From: a virus
Taxonomy: Duplodnaviria; Caudoviricetes
Virus record (IMG/VR): IMGVR_UViG_3300036770_004392
Location: 1 to 52,652 of that record
DNA: 52,652 nt
Strand: one strand, 5' to 3'
The position numbers and the translations under genes are program-made. The notes below the pieces were generated by a model that made no database searches, was not told where the DNA came from, and saw only the letters and a list, made by a program, of their open reading frames with translations. Shown piece after piece: positions 39,701-47,658 of this stretch; positions within the stretch are counted from its first letter, which is position 1, and every line of letters starts with the position of its first letter.

Positions 39701-42700
39701 ATAACCGTTTACAAAACCAGAAATAATAGGATCTAATAAATTACCATATTCGTCCACAGGATTTCCGTAAGATAAAATAGGTTTAGCAAATTTACTCAAT
39801 ACTTTAACAGTTTTTCCCGGCTCTCTAATAATACCATCTTTTATATCATCCCATAAAATGAGATTATCTTTAGTATAAGGAGCTGAACCATAAACAGTTT
39901 TCCACCAAGTAGGTTCTATACTAAAGCCTAAACATTCCCAAGGATGAGAGTGAGGACGATCCGTATCTAATAACCATTTGTATATTCCTCTCCAAAAAGC
40001 AGGGCATGATGTTTTATCAGCTATTTCATATCCTCTATAATTATAAGTCCAACGATTAGTTACATCCCATAAAAAGTCACTAGATTTCATATAATCATTT
40101 TGAATACTTGTTGTCCAGTGATAAAAGAATTGACTTAAAATTCTTTCATGTTCTTCTTTAGAATATTCGATAACTCTGCCATGTCCTGGAATAAAATCAT
40201 AAATGTCAAAAATGTTTCTGTCATAACGTATTTTAATATTATTAAAAATTCTCTTTTCTAATTCTAATAATACATCATCTCTATAATCTCCGAATCCTAC
40301 TGTTATACTACCGTCGTGTCCTTGTATCACTGTTGTAGGAATTAGATAGGTGTTATCAATATATTTTTTAGGTTCATATAAAGGATACAACCCTAATTTA
40401 GTAGGTGTTGGAGGACAAAAACTACCATCAGTGGTTTCGTACTCATAAACTTCAATTATGTCGTTTTCAGCTAAATCTACGAAAATCTCAAAAAAATCTC
40501 CTAAAAATTTGTAATCCTTTCCATGTAGTAATTGGTTATTATTAAGATAAACTAACACAGATTTATTTGATAAGTTATCTAGTGTAAAGGAATTCTTTAA
40601 AGGATATGATTTTATTCTTTCATCTAATACTGTATAAGAAAATTTAGTGTTAGCTGTATAGGCAAACATATCGCTTAAAAACCAAGGATTGCTCTTAGGT
40701 TTATCTTTGTTCAATTCATTCAATATTAAATCAACCATCTGCTTAGGTTCTGTCTCAACACCTATCTCAGAACTGATTACAAGGAAAGAAGTCTTAAATT
40801 TTCCATAATCTTCTTTAGCTACATCTAATGCTTTAAAAATATTAAAATCTGTAGTTCCTAAATTATAAAGAGCAAAATTTAAAGGACTACTATGTTGTAC
40901 AAAACGTGTTCCGAATTTACTTAAATCGGATATATCTCGTAAATTTCCATTTCCTGGAAATCGGCCTTCAAAAGTAGAAATGTTATCGACTATGGTAAAC
41001 ACATGATCAATAACCTGTCCTAATGTAAAAGTCTCCAAGTTATTGTTTAAGGGATTATTTTGTAAATTTAACGGAATCTCATAATATCCGTTGTCATTCT
41101 TTGGTTGTTTAGAAAATAACCTTAAGGTTACTATATCAGTATTAGTTACCTTACTTTTAAAATAAACCTCTTTTCTTACTGTGCCTTGACGAACTTCAAA
41201 TGACGATGAATCCAATCGTTGACTATTAATATAGACTTTAACCTTAAGATCTGATAAATCTAAAAATTCATCGAAAACATCAATAGGAAAACCTTTTGAT
41301 AATCCATCTATATCATGATCCTTGAATATTCTAACTATAGGTTGAATATTTTCGACTTTACTATTAATCCAACCATTAAGATAGACATAATCATCAAGGC
41401 TTTTTATTTTTTTCAAAAAACCTATATCAGTAGTTTTTGTAAGAATAGTGGTTCCGCTTTTATAATAAAATGAATCTAAAAGTAAATTGAAATTAAAAAC
41501 TATATCTCCAATATTATTAATATTTTTATAACTTAGACTAAATCCTAATTCATTATCTAAAGAACCTTCTCCGACTTGATACGAAAATAATTTAGTACCA
41601 TTAAAACTACTTCCGTTGTAAACACTAACATCACTGTAACTATAACCATCATTATCAAAAATATCAAACACAGGGGGTTGATTAGCAGTAAATTTTACTT
41701 GACCTAAAAGCCATTTTGTTCCATCATACCAATACATCAATCCTTGATTACCATTAATAGAACTACCGTTGTATGTAAGTACCTCCTGGCTTCCTTGTTT
41801 TACTAAAACTGTTTCATATTTCTTTGGAACACTGTCTTCTGTTTCAATTAAAGTTATCTGCTTACGTAAGCCCTCGAATACTTCAAAAGAATGAGTTCCA
41901 TCACCTAAAGCAGTAATATCAACTTTATTAGACAATTGATAGTCAGTAAATAATTGTAAATTACGTTCATCAATAACTTTTACATAATATATTTGTCTAT
42001 GAGTCAATCCTTGTAATTGAATATTACCATTACTTAGATAAACAACTCTTTGCCCATTTATTAATCCGTGATCAGTTTCGCAACGAACAGTATCAGTTAT
42101 TAAATTAATAGCTCCTGTTGAATCATCCGGCAGGGCAGCATTAAAATTTATATCTCGACTCGATAGTGTTATATCAAGAAACTTAACTTGATAAATTCGT
42201 CCATTAACAAGTCTATCAGTGTCAGATGTGAATAAAACTCTCATACCGTCAACTAAATCGACACCGTCTATGTTATACCCTAGACTTCCTTCGATTGTAC
42301 TAAAGACATCTGTAGTAATATTATCTATAAGATCAACACTTTTTTTGCTAACATGTCCAAAATTGTATAATTTTATATCATTATCAAATTCAATTATTGG
42401 TCTAGTAGCACGAGCTGATTGATCTAACTCCGGAACTGTTCCTCTATATTCAGCAGTTTTACTAATTACATCTTGATGGAACCAACGATTTACCTTAGAC
42501 CACGGGTTACCATCTAAACTAGATCTTTTAAATAAGATATAATCTTTAGACTTAGGCACGCTAGTTTGTGTACTGAATGGGGTCTGGTCAAAAGGATCAT
42601 TATCAAATAATAAATTCTTTTCTTCTGTATATTGTCCAATTATTTCCAAGTCTGATAAATTAATAAGTCTTATAGCAGATCCAATACCTTCTACTATCCA

Positions 42701-43669
42701 ATATCCAGACTGATATATCTCAGGATTAGTCTTTCCTAAAAACTCTAATTTCATTCCGTTAGAAAATGCGAATCCATTAGGCAAAGAATAATATTTTTTT
42801 CCCAATAATTCTTTTTCTACATCAAAAAATGTATTTTCTTCAATATTTTTTATTACCATTTCCCCGCCAACATTTGGATCTGTTTCACTAACATAATACA
42901 AGACGTCAGGAGCATTCACTGGTACTTTAAAAATAATTGTACCTTCGGTCACAGCATTAGCACTTACAATTGATGTGTTATTTGTATAACGATTATTAAA
43001 GCCTGTTGTCCTTAGAGTTTTTAATGAAAAAGGATGATTAGGACTATCAATGTCGAATCGATAAGTTTGTCCTCTATATAATGTTAAGCTAGGATTCCTA
43101 GTTAACCCATCTGGTGTAATTAAATAGGCAAACACATCGCCTTGATCTTCTAGACTAACAGTATAAGTACTATCTATATTTAACTGCTGACCTATAACCT
43201 GTATAGGATCAGGGCCATATGGGAGCCAATAATATTGTTGAAAATTAACAAATTTATCCCAATCAATATGCGGATTCCAGCTGTAAAATTCTTGTTTGTT
43301 TAACCTTTCATGATTATCAGTTATTCCATTTAAAACCTTTATATGGTTAATATGATCAATATAATCTTTAAAAAAATTAACATTTCCAAATCTATCCTCA
43401 ATAACTAAAGAAGGTTCAAGTTGGTAATTTTGTCTATCACTATAAGGAGCTTCAATAAATGTATCTGATGATTTTACACTTTTAGCATTAGTACGACCTA
43501 TATTTCCACTAACCTTTTTAATTGTACCAGGAGAAGTTAACTGATCTACAGTAGCAGATAAGAACTTTTTATTTGAATCAGTTCTATAAAAACGAGGTAA
43601 TAAATTGTACGACTTTCGTTCTTCTTTTGTCCTATCTGTAGGAACAGGGTACTCATTATCCAATGACAT
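30773..43669 (-). CDS. giant (4298 aa) multidomain baseplate-wedge/structural protein
   Basis: Uninterrupted 12.9-kb ORF directly downstream of the gp6-like gene. Contains G-x-G-Y strand repeats, F.GDGST repeats and FG.S.A beta-propeller-like repeats. Confidence 0.8.
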   Translation of the reverse strand: MSLDNEYPVPTDRTKEERKSYNLLPRFYRTDSNKKFLSATVDQLTSPGTIKKVSGNIGRTNAKSVKSSDTFIEAPYSDRQNYQLEPSLVIEDRFGNVNFFKDYIDHINHIKVLNGITDNHERLNKQEFYSWNPHIDWDKFVNFQQYYWLPYGPDPIQVIGQQLNIDSTYTVSLEDQGDVFAYLITPDGLTRNPSLTLYRGQTYRFDIDSPNHPFSLKTLRTTGFNNRYTNNTSIVSANAVTEGTIIFKVPVNAPDVLYYVSETDPNVGGEMVIKNIEENTFFDVEKELLGKKYYSLPNGFAFSNGMKLEFLGKTNPEIYQSGYWIVEGIGSAIRLINLSDLEIIGQYTEEKNLLFDNDPFDQTPFSTQTSVPKSKDYILFKRSSLDGNPWSKVNRWFHQDVISKTAEYRGTVPELDQSARATRPIIEFDNDIKLYNFGHVSKKSVDLIDNITTDVFSTIEGSLGYNIDGVDLVDGMRVLFTSDTDRLVNGRIYQVKFLDITLSSRDINFNAALPDDSTGAINLITDTVRCETDHGLINGQRVVYLSNGNIQLQGLTHRQIYYVKVIDERNLQLFTDYQLSNKVDITALGDGTHSFEVFEGLRKQITLIETEDSVPKKYETVLVKQGSQEVLTYNGSSINGNQGLMYWYDGTKWLLGQVKFTANQPPVFDIFDNDGYSYSDVSVYNGSSFNGTKLFSYQVGEGSLDNELGFSLSYKNINNIGDIVFNFNLLLDSFYYKSGTTILTKTTDIGFLKKIKSLDDYVYLNGWINSKVENIQPIVRIFKDHDIDGLSKGFPIDVFDEFLDLSDLKVKVYINSQRLDSSSFEVRQGTVRKEVYFKSKVTNTDIVTLRLFSKQPKNDNGYYEIPLNLQNNPLNNNLETFTLGQVIDHVFTIVDNISTFEGRFPGNGNLRDISDLSKFGTRFVQHSSPLNFALYNLGTTDFNIFKALDVAKEDYGKFKTSFLVISSEIGVETEPKQMVDLILNELNKDKPKSNPWFLSDMFAYTANTKFSYTVLDERIKSYPLKNSFTLDNLSNKSVLVYLNNNQLLHGKDYKFLGDFFEIFVDLAENDIIEVYEYETTDGSFCPPTPTKLGLYPLYEPKKYIDNTYLIPTTVIQGHDGSITVGFGDYRDDVLLELEKRIFNNIKIRYDRNIFDIYDFIPGHGRVIEYSKEEHERILSQFFYHWTTSIQNDYMKSSDFLWDVTNRWTYNYRGYEIADKTSCPAFWRGIYKWLLDTDRPHSHPWECLGFSIEPTWWKTVYGSAPYTKDNLILWDDIKDGIIREPGKTVKVLSKFAKPILSYGNPVDEYGNLLDPIISGFVNGYVQPTQKGYYVFGDQAPVETAWRRSSYHAFSLLQTAMIMNPSKVITLAFDRSRIVRNFVGQLVYSPTNLRIRLKDLVLPTTVVSDNRVFTSGLVNYVVNNFSPGLVNPLLKYKASLDSIQNKISYRVGGFTNKDKFKIILTSKNPSSTNGVFLPSENYKVFLNKSSPLKNINYSGIVITKFDDGYEVRGYTKNQPYFKYYLTLGRGREINIGGISESYINWETNQRYQSGTIVYQNKSYYRVKVTHTSSSLFDTDLYVKLPSLPIIGGKDIILPESYDTRTEHILSYGTKFYTIQEVVNFIGGYGKYLQEQGFVFDRYNTSLKSVENWDTSIKEFVFWTTQNWKTGSALSLSPSAISLTFINDYAVVDNISDAFYGYQIFRVDGSLLEDEFLNSFRENNEFTLTVPANNPHGIYGANFRTIQKEHIVLLDNVSLFNDVIYDVESGYKHDKLKIQGYVSTNWNGGFNIPGFIYDQAKIQDWEVWTDYNLGDIVFHKDFYYSAKTFLIGTAAFNSNDWYILKEKPNSEMLPNWDYKTEQFNDFYDLDSDNFDIEQQKIAQHLIGYQKRQYLENIVLDDISQYKFYQGYIKEKGTLNSFSKLFDVLSADNQESLSFNEEWAIRLGTYGNISTYEEIEFNLNEEKILLNPQPFELTETDAVKPDFVYRVKGSEIYIKPIEYKTNLWPTSVKKEFLRTPGYVRYDDVSASLDVLDEILSLDIEDFNEGSYVWCAFLESQRKWTVYRLTHSATRVEKIEYNNSVLSITLNSIPNMYAGQIIGIDNVTLINGFYKIDSISGKKINIKKTIPEWKDDLFPDSTATLIYIFTESRVNHIDQLNDVIPERIKSNELVWIDDNGYGKKTVLEYKKVYNINTINGLDIPRNNENFGRVVAVSQNGMVSAVGDIDTISIFFKNTKDNSFVQQQIIKTFYDDSTQLGLAVALSPDTEWLVLSETKADLTNSVHFYIKDSTLGTYQYFSTFNKPVTSYGTCISILYSDNTYYTLVTSSSNLYSYKFVTNQWVEIQSISVSSTSLATNGTVTVLGDKNTNSVKIYKKVSDLYSLTQTLTLSNLFGYSVAITSDGKKIAVGEIEADNPIVNSGLVKIYKLVNDVFVFQQDVVSKTPGSFDYFGYSIFFMNNDQTLVVLSINGDVDNFATFDNDTTIFDNNTLRFNDIRINSGRVDVFDKFFENYSFGESLSTDQFTDISDSYGFSLAVGDDTIIVSAINEEEDLASNAGKVFSYTKFPKSTSWKIKYIQEDNVDISKFKKSYLYDTEFNQLLKYIDIVDTTQGKIPGPADQEIKFKTFYDPAVYSIGTSQVIVDEGQFWSKNYVGTLWWDLSRAKFIENSLGNITYRSTNWNKLYKTASIDVYEWVETKYKPSEWDTLSGSDKGDSLGISGTSRYGNSVYSLRQVYDNVSQSFKNVYYYWVKNPTIVPLSVVDRKLSANNVSKLIADPIGYGYECMSLIGSNSFILVNLINYIKSKKTNLNIEYFTIDEQYQNSNLHSHWKLLSTHEKTIIPPSIELKWEDSLIGYDQYNRQIPSLKLPPKKRYGISNRPRQSMFINRIEALKQFVERVNLVLKRKVITDEYDISDLNNYDIPPSSSSGIWDKAIDIVEEQRFINTALLSQATVTPIIESGRIIEVKIVNPGYGYVNPPWVKVVGSGIGAKLRCVIDTLGQVTSVEIINAGKGYIDDTILSVRSYTVLVKNDEVVFGTWSLYEYSGTGKFFRIKSQSYDVKKYWDYIDWYLDGYNQYTKIDHLVENTNQLYLLESKVGDIVKVETIGSGGWLLLEKYNNVSTIDYTKNYKVIGRQNGTIQINSGLYDFTKNIIGYDGNLYDSFYYDNLPVKELRIILNVLKKNILVDDLYTEYLELFFSSLRYVLYEQPFVDYITKTSFIKSKHNLGELKQKITYKNDNLENFEDYIKEVKPYRTKIREYVSSYSRIENSGSVVTDFDLPSYVDENFKLNVVNFNIFDDSTTLDTMLNSYPWKFFKDNVGCYIKELVIVDSGSGYLFNPIIKINGQAKKIAKANGYIAGGKLNRIQITDAGSGYLTTPLIEVDGGLSENGMPAKVVAVLESEVVRASKVSMKFDRVARSNYYKDNELDITETFNGTGSLRQFLLKYAPVTSKDSYIVKADGIELLKDDYYVTVKSSVSRGFTSYYGMLVLETAPLRGQNIEIKYKISFLHLHALDRIYHYYNPEIGMAGKDFSQLMTGIDYGGVNIQGLVNFIGTGGWDSLGWNSELWGEENQQVTEDGSISPKPNDYDTQLVGGSFSFSSANGVNPEDIIVDGDDLITPLNSPAPEEVVPGHIVDAVAIKVFQAPRTSGAKILFKTFIANGGEDTFYIPQLPQNTNGIIVKLNSIILVSGDDYSYDWKSRSVKLTNIPVVNSQVSIISIGYSSEYLLDQDYFIGDGSTLEFITNAPFSETNGNIVLVDGAVLNYEIFETDISYSMTNRTGIRFGQAPTSGSVITYLMTNDENSTASIIKSETFVGDGSTLSFVLSNQVGNLLPDHSNVIVIVDGEILYPYLNEYFELSNNNLSYRLTQYEQVPYQVNVEQLKVYLNGKLLSRLTDYNVDVVGVSIILDSSLYIEGAKLLVSNNISFQYSLKRINSSLNLEFVSAPLNNKHIEVISFYNHDVLEIERSQESLTYIQGLDIDTPDFYRYRSLQGGKIKLSKKVNIDDFVWVIKNNKLLSSGIDFYLDTFKDQIILTASVDTSDIIDIVLFTSAIKDDGFGYMQFKDMLGRVHYKRFNKDKITRLSEDLTQFVTVIKVDDGSVLDEPSIIENIPGIIEINGERIEYFEKEGNELRKIRRATLGTGSPVLHKAGILVINIGSTETIPYLDQQLVSKLITTESTTQINLDFVPQVPNKDFESQTDQDGVEVFLSGQRVNKSSIVKFDKLKNYPYSPEADSIFQAGFTVPADGSLVEFQDPVVSNKEILVVKRIGRTWKDKDLPLIASNSEQARFILAVKPFYPEINI

Positions 43670-43671
43670 AA

Positions 43672-46600
43672 TTAACTTCCTGAGCTAGTAATACTTTGTT
43701 GAGTCAAATACTTAGAAGTACTCGCTATAGATCCTTCTGCTTTAATACGAGAAGCAGTTACAGCACTAATAATTTCAACATCGTCAATTGTGGCACTGCT
43801 TATAAAAATCTGATCTTTTTCCGCTTTAATTTCTAACAAACTTCCAAAAGATAAATTAGGTTTTTTAGGAACAATTAAAAAGTTAGTTATGTATGTTGCC
43901 ATTTTGTTCATAACATATGTAGACAATTCTGTAAAATAAAAACCATCTCCAAAATCCCAATTATCAATCGTAAAAAATTCATTTATAGAAGATATCACTT
44001 GAGATTTTATATCATTGTCACTTACAACAACTTCCGTATTTTTAACAACTTTAAAAATTGCTTGTAAATCTAAATTGGCAGATTTTCCAAATAATATTTT
44101 ATATCGAGCAGGATGATATATGATCTCATCACTAATTGTTTTAATAGGATTAAGTGTAGGACTTAGTAAATTATATAAACTATCAGTGCTCGGAGGTAAC
44201 GGCTGAATGGTTCGTAATCCATTTAGATATTCTCTAAAATTCTGATCATATTGTTTGGTCATTACAAATACATCAACAATATTTGTGATGCCAGGATCTA
44301 ATCTTGTTTCATAATCTGCATTATGAATATATTGAAATTTTATATCGCTACGCCCTAGATAACATTTGTAATCAAAAGTTACATTTAAGGCACTTCTAGG
44401 TTTGTCAAGTTTCTTAACTAAATCTAAATCTATAAAATAAAAATATTGTCCATCAGGATAAATGTTTAGATTATCTATTAAATCTTCAGAATCCATAACA
44501 TGAACTAAACCGAAGTCTGTGCCATTTAAATTAGACACATAACGATAGTCTTCTTGCTGATCTTCAATAGTGTATTTTTCTAAAATTATGTAATCATCTT
44601 GCTTATTAGTAGAAGTTAAGTTACCCACAATTAATTCAAAAATTTCAGGATTATCTACTATACCATCATCATCATAATCAGCAAAACTTATTTGTATTTT
44701 TTTAGAATCAATATATCCATCAAGACCTTTAAATTCTTCAACAATTTCCCAGTCATGATCTATGGTAAAACTTCTACTTGTAGGAACTAATATTCCTGCT
44801 ACATTGATAGTGTCGGTTCTGTCAACATTAATACTTAAAATTTTAATTTTATCTTTTTCAATAGTATTTGTTCGAGTATCATAAATCTTATCACTACTAT
44901 CATAATAAAATCTAATTTGTTTATCACTTTCAAAAATATATCTCAACAATCTTAAACTTACCGTATAATATTCACTATCAGTAATAAAGCTTATCAACCA
45001 GCTACTGTCTGTTTTTTCATTAATGTTACTACCAGCTTGCCCTAAACTGAAATTATCTACTAAATTTAAATTTACTTCATATATAATATTCCAAGAAGTA
45101 GTTTCTTGCGAATATCGTAAACCAAAAGGTTTATGATTAACAATTAAATCAATTATCGATGTAATTACATTTTGATTTAATGTAACTTTAAAAGGAGGAA
45201 TAGCGGAAATTAATTTAGCATTTTCAGGAATAATATCATTTAATTTTATCACACCTTCGCCATTAGACGATATACCAGTACCGCCATTGGTTCCATCTCC
45301 TTCTACACTAATAACCTTAGTCCAAAGAAATTTACTAGTTCCGTAAACATTGTTAGCTACAAGTTTATTATTTTCAAAAGTATTAAAAAAATAACCTTCA
45401 GGAGCTTCGAACTTTAACAAAGAACCAATCTGAACATTTTTTAAAATAGTAGATGTATAACTTCCAACTTTTACTGCTATAAATGTATTATTAATATTGC
45501 TTAAATAACCTGTTGATAAGTTTGTTTCAGATGACTTATTTTTCCAAATAATAGATAACTCTGATATATCAAATTTAATAAACTTATTATAATAATAATC
45601 ACGTAAAGTTGTTTTACTCATATAATCATATAACTGATTATAAATTATAGACTCAACATCTGTTTTCGTATCGAATCTGAATTCAAAACTATCAACATAT
45701 TCTTCTCGATACAATATTCCGTCATCTGCAAATAAATTAGTTTTACTGTACTTCCCGGTAGGATCAACTAAATCAAAATAACGACTAATTCCACTACTAG
45801 ATCTATTAACCGATTTTACTTTCATGATTTGCTGATTAACATTAAACGGCATTAAGTTATAATCTTCAGCAGTTATCATACGGTTCTGAGTATAGAAATT
45901 AGATGGAGCACGCTGTTTTATGCTTTCTATACTTTCTGTAGGACTACTATTATTCACACTTGAAGTCAAACTTAAACTAATAATTAAACTTTCCGGTTGT
46001 CCAAAATTACTAATATATGGTAACTCTATACTAATATTTCTCATATCTCTCGGATTTATTGTATAGCTTATTCCTTCACTAACCCTATAATAAACCTTAA
46101 AACTTCCTACAGGAATATTTCCGAATACTCCATCACTAAATTGAAGAGTAACTCTATCATTTACTCTAGTTATAGCAGAATAAAAATTCTTAATAGACTT
46201 TTCTAAGCTATTATAAATTACATTATTACCTTCTAGGGCCGAAATTTTTTCCCACAATTCAAACTCTTGTCCAACTTGATTTAATTTATAAAGCCAAATG
46301 TCATCATTATTAATATTATTACTATCAATATCTAATGTTGTATTAGGAACAGACTGAGTAAAAGTAAAAGTGCCTTGATTTAATTGTCCTTGCTTAAAAA
46401 ACATAAAAAATCCAGTGTTTGCACTACCATTACCTTTACTATCATTACGATACAAAAATGCTAATCTATTTCCTTGAATAGGAGCTTCTTCATATATTTC
46501 ATTTCTATTCTTGAAAGTACTACTAACTATTTCAAAAGGCATCATCCTACCATCGATATTTTTTTCAAAATTATAAATGGGAACATCTATGTTATTGCTT

Positions 46601-47169
46601 TGAAAACGATATTGCTCAGTAGCTACTCCGTAAACAAATCCTTTATCATCAGGAGTTCCAAACTGTCGTGTAATGGGTAAAGCAGCATTAATAACTTTAA
46701 TAAATTGATCATACCAATTTGAATTACTAGCATCATTCCAAGAAATAACTTGTCCAGAAAGATTTCGTCCTGCACTATCTAGAACATTTTGACTGGTTTG
46801 CACACTAACCATCTTTAAAAAACCACTTCCAGCTATATTACGTTTTGCATTATAACTTAATAACCGAGCTAGTCGTAAAACACTTTCCTTACGTTCAGAA
46901 AGTTCTAAAAAATTATCTCGACTATTAAGGTCAATCCTATACGCTAGACTTTGTCCTAAAAATGCTATTAAATCAATCAAAGCAAGATATTCACTACTTT
47001 CAATATAATCATTAAAGTCTTCGGGATAATTTTCTCTAATATATTGAATCATAGTTCGACGTAGATTTTCAAAATCATAACTTTGAAAATCAGCATTGCG
47101 ATATGTCTGATAAATTCTACGCCAATCTTCGGCTACTAATAATCTATTTTGTCTATCAGTTATTGACAT
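43672..47169 (-). CDS. baseplate wedge subunit (T4 gp6 / baseplate J-like)
   Basis: YDFENLR...FNDY.ESS...LIDLIA...SVLRLARLLSY; LQFSDGVFGNIP; ESIESIKQRAP...QNRMITAEDY. Confidence 0.88.
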   Translation of the reverse strand: MSITDRQNRLLVAEDWRRIYQTYRNADFQSYDFENLRRTMIQYIRENYPEDFNDYIESSEYLALIDLIAFLGQSLAYRIDLNSRDNFLELSERKESVLRLARLLSYNAKRNIAGSGFLKMVSVQTSQNVLDSAGRNLSGQVISWNDASNSNWYDQFIKVINAALPITRQFGTPDDKGFVYGVATEQYRFQSNNIDVPIYNFEKNIDGRMMPFEIVSSTFKNRNEIYEEAPIQGNRLAFLYRNDSKGNGSANTGFFMFFKQGQLNQGTFTFTQSVPNTTLDIDSNNINNDDIWLYKLNQVGQEFELWEKISALEGNNVIYNSLEKSIKNFYSAITRVNDRVTLQFSDGVFGNIPVGSFKVYYRVSEGISYTINPRDMRNISIELPYISNFGQPESLIISLSLTSSVNNSSPTESIESIKQRAPSNFYTQNRMITAEDYNLMPFNVNQQIMKVKSVNRSSSGISRYFDLVDPTGKYSKTNLFADDGILYREEYVDSFEFRFDTKTDVESIIYNQLYDYMSKTTLRDYYYNKFIKFDISELSIIWKNKSSETNLSTGYLSNINNTFIAVKVGSYTSTILKNVQIGSLLKFEAPEGYFFNTFENNKLVANNVYGTSKFLWTKVISVEGDGTNGGTGISSNGEGVIKLNDIIPENAKLISAIPPFKVTLNQNVITSIIDLIVNHKPFGLRYSQETTSWNIIYEVNLNLVDNFSLGQAGSNINEKTDSSWLISFITDSEYYTVSLRLLRYIFESDKQIRFYYDSSDKIYDTRTNTIEKDKIKILSINVDRTDTINVAGILVPTSRSFTIDHDWEIVEEFKGLDGYIDSKKIQISFADYDDDGIVDNPEIFELIVGNLTSTNKQDDYIILEKYTIEDQQEDYRYVSNLNGTDFGLVHVMDSEDLIDNLNIYPDGQYFYFIDLDLVKKLDKPRSALNVTFDYKCYLGRSDIKFQYIHNADYETRLDPGITNIVDVFVMTKQYDQNFREYLNGLRTIQPLPPSTDSLYNLLSPTLNPIKTISDEIIYHPARYKILFGKSANLDLQAIFKVVKNTEVVVSDNDIKSQVISSINEFFTIDNWDFGDGFYFTELSTYVMNKMATYITNFLIVPKKPNLSFGSLLEIKAEKDQIFISSATIDDVEIISAVTASRIKAEGSIASTSKYLTQQSITSSGS

Positions 47170-47187
47170 TATACTTCCAGTTTAAAA

Positions 47188-47194
47188 TATTTAT
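47188..47194 (-). promoter_or_regulatory. late promoter-like motif ATAAATA
   Basis: 18 nt upstream of ATG 47169. Confidence 0.5.
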
Positions 47195-47214
47195 TTTAAT
47201 AATAAACATAGCAT

Positions 47215-47658
47215 TTAACCTATTAATAAACCATTTTCTTGATCAAACTTAAACTGTAATGACTCCTGTATATTATAAGGATAATAGGTCAACACACACT
47301 CTATTTGTATCCCACTTTCGTAAGTAGTTACTATAACTTGATCAGCTCGTATTCGTGGATCATAGTTAATAATTTGCTCTACATTTTTAATTACAGCTTC
47401 TTTCAATTGTTCTGTTAATGGTTCAAAAACTAAATCCCAAATTATAGTTCCGAACTCAGGCTGTTCAAGACGCTCACCCATACGTATATGAAAATGATTA
47501 ATTAAATCTTGTTTAATTAACTCTAAATCATATAAACTAAAAGTATTATATGAAGTATTAAGTGTACTAAACCCTTTATATGTTTTGGTTCCAGGAATAA
47601 ACTTAGATTGTTTATTTGCTAATATTACTTTATCATAAAGTCTACTATTTGCTGTCAT
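47215..47658 (-). CDS. baseplate wedge protein, T4 gp25/GPW-like
   Basis: IKQDLINHF.IRMGERL..PEFG..IWDLVFEP...YDPRI. Likely start MTANS at 47658 (ATGA overlap). Confidence 0.9.
   Translation of the reverse strand: MTANSRLYDKVILANKQSKFIPGTKTYKGFSTLNTSYNTFSLYDLELIKQDLINHFHIRMGERLEQPEFGTIIWDLVFEPLTEQLKEAVIKNVEQIINYDPRIRADQVIVTTYESGIQIECVLTYYPYNIQESLQFKFDQENGLLIG

Noticed and set aside
12401-46680. Many short opposite-strand ORFs (e.g. 12401, 17404, 17968, 25814, 27270, 29561, 31239, 42219, 46474)
   Set aside because: They lie antisense to long, motif-bearing genes and have the composition typical of shadow ORFs.
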